DNA of 15,264 nucleotides from a virus: UHGV virus genome UHGV-0370902; one strand, 5' to 3'. Shown piece by piece: positions 12,979 to 15,264 of this stretch (position 1 is its first letter; each line of letters starts with the position of its first letter). The notes under the pieces were generated by a model. It saw only the letters and a program-made list of their open reading frames with translations, ran no database searches and was not told where the DNA came from. The position numbers and the translations under genes were made by a program.

Positions 12979-13065
12979 AATACCTTTATTATCCATCACT
13001 TATAACTTATTTATCAGAATTCATGAATTAAGTTATTGATCACCGCTATAACCTAGGTTATCTTT
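12979..13065. promoter_or_regulatory. OL operator / pL promoter region
   Basis: Perfect 14-bp palindrome ATAACCTAGGTTAT (13048-13061) of the same family as the OR sites, weaker related sites upstream, and the ACCTTTATTAT motif shared with OR; candidate -35 TTGATC (13036-13041). Confidence 0.55.
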
Positions 13066-13132
13066 AAGCCATCAGCAGGACGCACTACTCACCAGGGCGG
13101 TGAATATACAACGATTCGAATATGAATCTACG

Positions 13133-13147
13133 GCGCTGACAAAGCGC
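13133..13147 (+). promoter_or_regulatory. nutL boxB hairpin (P22 type)
   Basis: GCGCTGACAAAGCGC, identical to the P22 boxB sequence as I recall it, between pL and N. Confidence 0.6.
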
Positions 13148-13312
13148 AATAACCAAAGTGAACTTTGGGGTGTGGTGAAGGGTTCATGGACGGGAATATG
13201 TCGCACGTAAAGCGGCGAGGCCTGCGGGACTATTGCCGAATTGAAGTAGGCCGAAACAGGTCAAAATGGGTCTCCCACCTACCACACCACCAAAGTTCAT
13301 CAGGAGGTCTAT

Positions 13313-13696
13313 ATGACACGCAGAACTCAGTTCAAAGGCAATTCACGTTCTCGTCGTCGTGAGCGTTTAAAGGCAAAGGCATTAGCTAACGGCGTGCTGG
13401 CCCGCGAAGAAGCAATAAGTTCAGAAGTATTACACCGCCCTACTCTAAGCAGAGCGCAGATTCAGGCTAAAGGTACTCACGAAACGCCTGAGCGCATAGA
13501 AGACGCTAAGCCAATTAAGTTCATGGCACAGGACGTGATCTGGCAACAGAAAGAATACAGACGCAATCTGGAGCGAGCGGCCATTGTGTACGCGAATGAG
13601 TTTGGACATAAGCAACCAGAAACTGGTGTATGTCTTCCAAACGTAGCCATTTACGCGGCAGGCTACCGGAAATCAAAACAACTGACAGCGAGGTAA
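13313..13696 (+). CDS. N: N antiterminator, P22 gp24 type
   Basis: 127 aa; N-terminal arginine-rich motif (GNSRSRRRERLKAKA) and C-terminal LPNVAIYAAGYRKSKQLTAR resembling P22 gp24; AGGAGG RBS. Confidence 0.85.
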   Translation: MTRRTQFKGNSRSRRRERLKAKALANGVLAREEAISSEVLHRPTLSRAQIQAKGTHETPERIEDAKPIKFMAQDVIWQQKEYRRNLERAAIVYANEFGHKQPETGVCLPNVAIYAAGYRKSKQLTAR

Positions 13697-13698
13697 TT

Positions 13699-14130
13699 AT
13701 GGATTTAAATAAATTAGAAGCGTTATTAGAAGCATCAGTAAAAAATTTTATCTCAGTACTTGATGAAAAAACTGAAGATATTAAGAAGGCAAATATTGTC
13801 GAACTTGTAAAAACAAGAGCCAGTACATTTGATCATCTTCCTGATGATGTCCGGTCAGCGGCAATTCGCGTATATGTAACGGCACTAAGCAATAGTGAAC
13901 CACCAATTGATGAAGAATCAAGAGATATTCAGAAAAAACGGTTTGAGATGTTAGCCAGCAACATTATCGCTGGTTTCACACGGCTCTTAACAAAAGAGCC
14001 TGCCAGTGAAGCTATTCGCCAGCAGGCTCAGGTAATTATTAATCAGGCAGAAACTATTTCACGTGAGCGAAAAGAATTTCGTAAAGAGGTTTCTGAGCTT
14101 CAAGCATCTCAACCGCAATCCACTATTTAA
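13699..14130 (+). CDS. Hypothetical soluble, predicted helical protein (143 aa), early-left cargo
   Basis: Start at MDLNKLEALLEAS with GAGG RBS, 2 nt after the N stop; AT-rich codon usage; no family recognised. Confidence 0.55.
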   Translation: MDLNKLEALLEASVKNFISVLDEKTEDIKKANIVELVKTRASTFDHLPDDVRSAAIRVYVTALSNSEPPIDEESRDIQKKRFEMLASNIIAGFTRLLTKEPASEAIRQQAQVIINQAETISRERKEFRKEVSELQASQPQSTI

Positions 14131-14138
14131 GGTGATAT

Positions 14139-14588
14139 ATGGAAGAACAAGCAAACAAGATTCTCGTAGAACTACTGCAAAAAGCCAGCAATGGAATAGA
14201 CGCGGCTGTTTCATTCAGCCAGGCACAGATTCCTGATGTTGTTCATCAGTTGCTGCTATGGAATATGGTTGACAGTCTGATTAAAACATTAATAGCCATT
14301 CTAACAATCCCTCTGGTTTTCTGGTTTATGAAGAAGCAGTGCCAAAGAGTTGAGACAGGTAAAATCGGTGATGAAGGATATTCATGGGAGAAGGGAAATC
14401 CCAAATACAGGCCGACAATGGTTTGGGATAGCAAAGGTGATATTAATCTTCTTATCATGCCACTGGTTGGAGTTTTGACTCTGTGGGGAATTTTTATTAT
14501 TGGTGTAGTAACCAATATGACTTGGTTAAAAATTTGGCTGGCCCCAAAGCTTTACCTTATCGAATATGCAGCATCATTGGTTAAGTAA
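14139..14588 (+). CDS. Hypothetical membrane protein (149 aa, at least two predicted TM segments)
   Basis: Hydrophobic stretches LIKTLIAILTIPLVFWFM and INLLIMPLVGVLTLWGIFIIGVV; starts 8 nt after the previous ORF. Confidence 0.55.
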   Translation: MEEQANKILVELLQKASNGIDAAVSFSQAQIPDVVHQLLLWNMVDSLIKTLIAILTIPLVFWFMKKQCQRVETGKIGDEGYSWEKGNPKYRPTMVWDSKGDINLLIMPLVGVLTLWGIFIIGVVTNMTWLKIWLAPKLYLIEYAASLVK

Positions 14589-14708
14589 TTTCAGGCCGCA
14601 TAGTTGGTCTTTATTTTTGGCACAAGCAACAGAATAAACACTGCACTGTGTATTCATTCCAACGAGTGAATACACGGAGCAATTTAAAGCGTAAATAAGG
14701 AGCACACC

Positions 14709-14849
14709 ATGCAATATGCCATTGCAGGGTGGCCTGTTGCTGGCTGCCCTTCCGAATCTTTACTTGAACGAATCACCCGTAAATTACGTGACGGATGGAA
14801 ACGACTCATCGACGTACTTAATCAGCCAGGAGTTCCCAAAAATGGATAA
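14709..14849 (+). CDS. cIII: CIII (46 aa, C-terminally shorter than lambda CIII)
   Basis: [46 protein letters not shown]; TAAGGAG RBS; below the ORF-track cut-off. Confidence 0.8.
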   Translation: MQYAIAGWPVAGCPSESLLERITRKLRDGWKRLIDVLNQPGVPKNG

Positions 14850-14985
14850 AACACTTATGGCTATCCAGACTAAATTCACTATCGCCACTTCTATTGGCGA
14901 TGAAAAGATGTTTCGTGAAGCCGTCGACGCTTATAAAAAATGGATATTAATACTGAAACTGAGATCAAGCAAAAGCATTCACTAA
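14842..14985 (+). CDS. kil: Kil
   Basis: [47 protein letters not shown], near-identical to recalled lambda Kil (47 aa); start overlaps the cIII stop. Confidence 0.8.
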   Translation: MDKTLMAIQTKFTIATSIGDEKMFREAVDAYKKWILILKLRSSKSIH

Positions 14986-15060
14986 CCCCCTTTCCTGTTT
15001 TCCTAATCAGCCTGGCATTTCGCGGGCGATATTTTCACAGCCATTTTCAGGAGTTCAGCC

Positions 15061-15264
15061 ATGAACGCTTATTACATTCAGGATCGTCTTGAGGCTCAGA
15101 GCTGGGCGCGTCACTACCAGCAGCTCGCCCGTGAAGAGAAAGAGGCAGAACTGGCAGACGACATGGAAAAAGGCCTGCCCCAGCACCTGTTTGAATCGCT
15201 ATGCATCGATCATTTGCAACGCCACGGGGCCAGCAAAAAAGCCATTACCCGTGCGTTTGATGAC
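15061..15264 (+). CDS. gam: Gam (GamS start), 3' end beyond window
   Basis: [68 protein letters not shown], matching lambda Gam from Met41 onward. Confidence 0.85.
   Translation, partial: MNAYYIQDRLEAQSWARHYQQLAREEKEAELADDMEKGLPQHLFESLCIDHLQRHGASKKAITRAFDD

Noticed and set aside
13165-13362. 65-aa plus-strand ORF
   Set aside because: Lies in the N leader and overlaps the N start in another frame; the region is better explained as nutL and leader RNA structure.
14716-14985. 89-aa plus-strand ORF
   Set aside because: A fused reading of the kil frame extended upstream into cIII; the real genes are cIII (14709-14849, other frame) and kil starting at 14842.
1-15264. Integrase, attachment site or insertion sequence
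   Set aside because: No recombinase or transposase ORF and no terminal inverted repeats were seen; the window is internal to the prophage.

Overview
This window is a mosaic lambdoid prophage segment (enterobacterial), in reverse orientation to the standard lambda map, covering the early-left arm, immunity region, replication module, nin region and the start of the lysis cassette. From high to low coordinates on the minus strand: OR/PR, cro, cII, an HTH replication initiator carrying iteron-like repeats, a Toprim primase fused to a DnaB-type helicase that is interrupted by an intein with a LAGLIDADG endonuclease, tR2, ninB, ninE, an antirepressor-type gene cluster, rusA, ninH, lambda-type Q, pR', two tRNA-like genes, an S21-type pinholin and a SAR endolysin (truncated at the window edge). 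A HigB/HigA-like toxin-antitoxin pair sits convergently inside the nin region. On the plus strand: cI, two uncharacterised cargo genes in the rexAB position, a small structured-leader ORF, OL/pL, nutL, a P22-type N, two further cargo genes (one membrane protein), cIII, kil and the start of gam. The most notable items are the intein in the helicase P-loop, the iteron array inside the initiator gene, and the two uncharacterised cargo gene pairs at known prophage defence hotspots. All identifications are from reading the sequence and recalled protein families; no database search was run.
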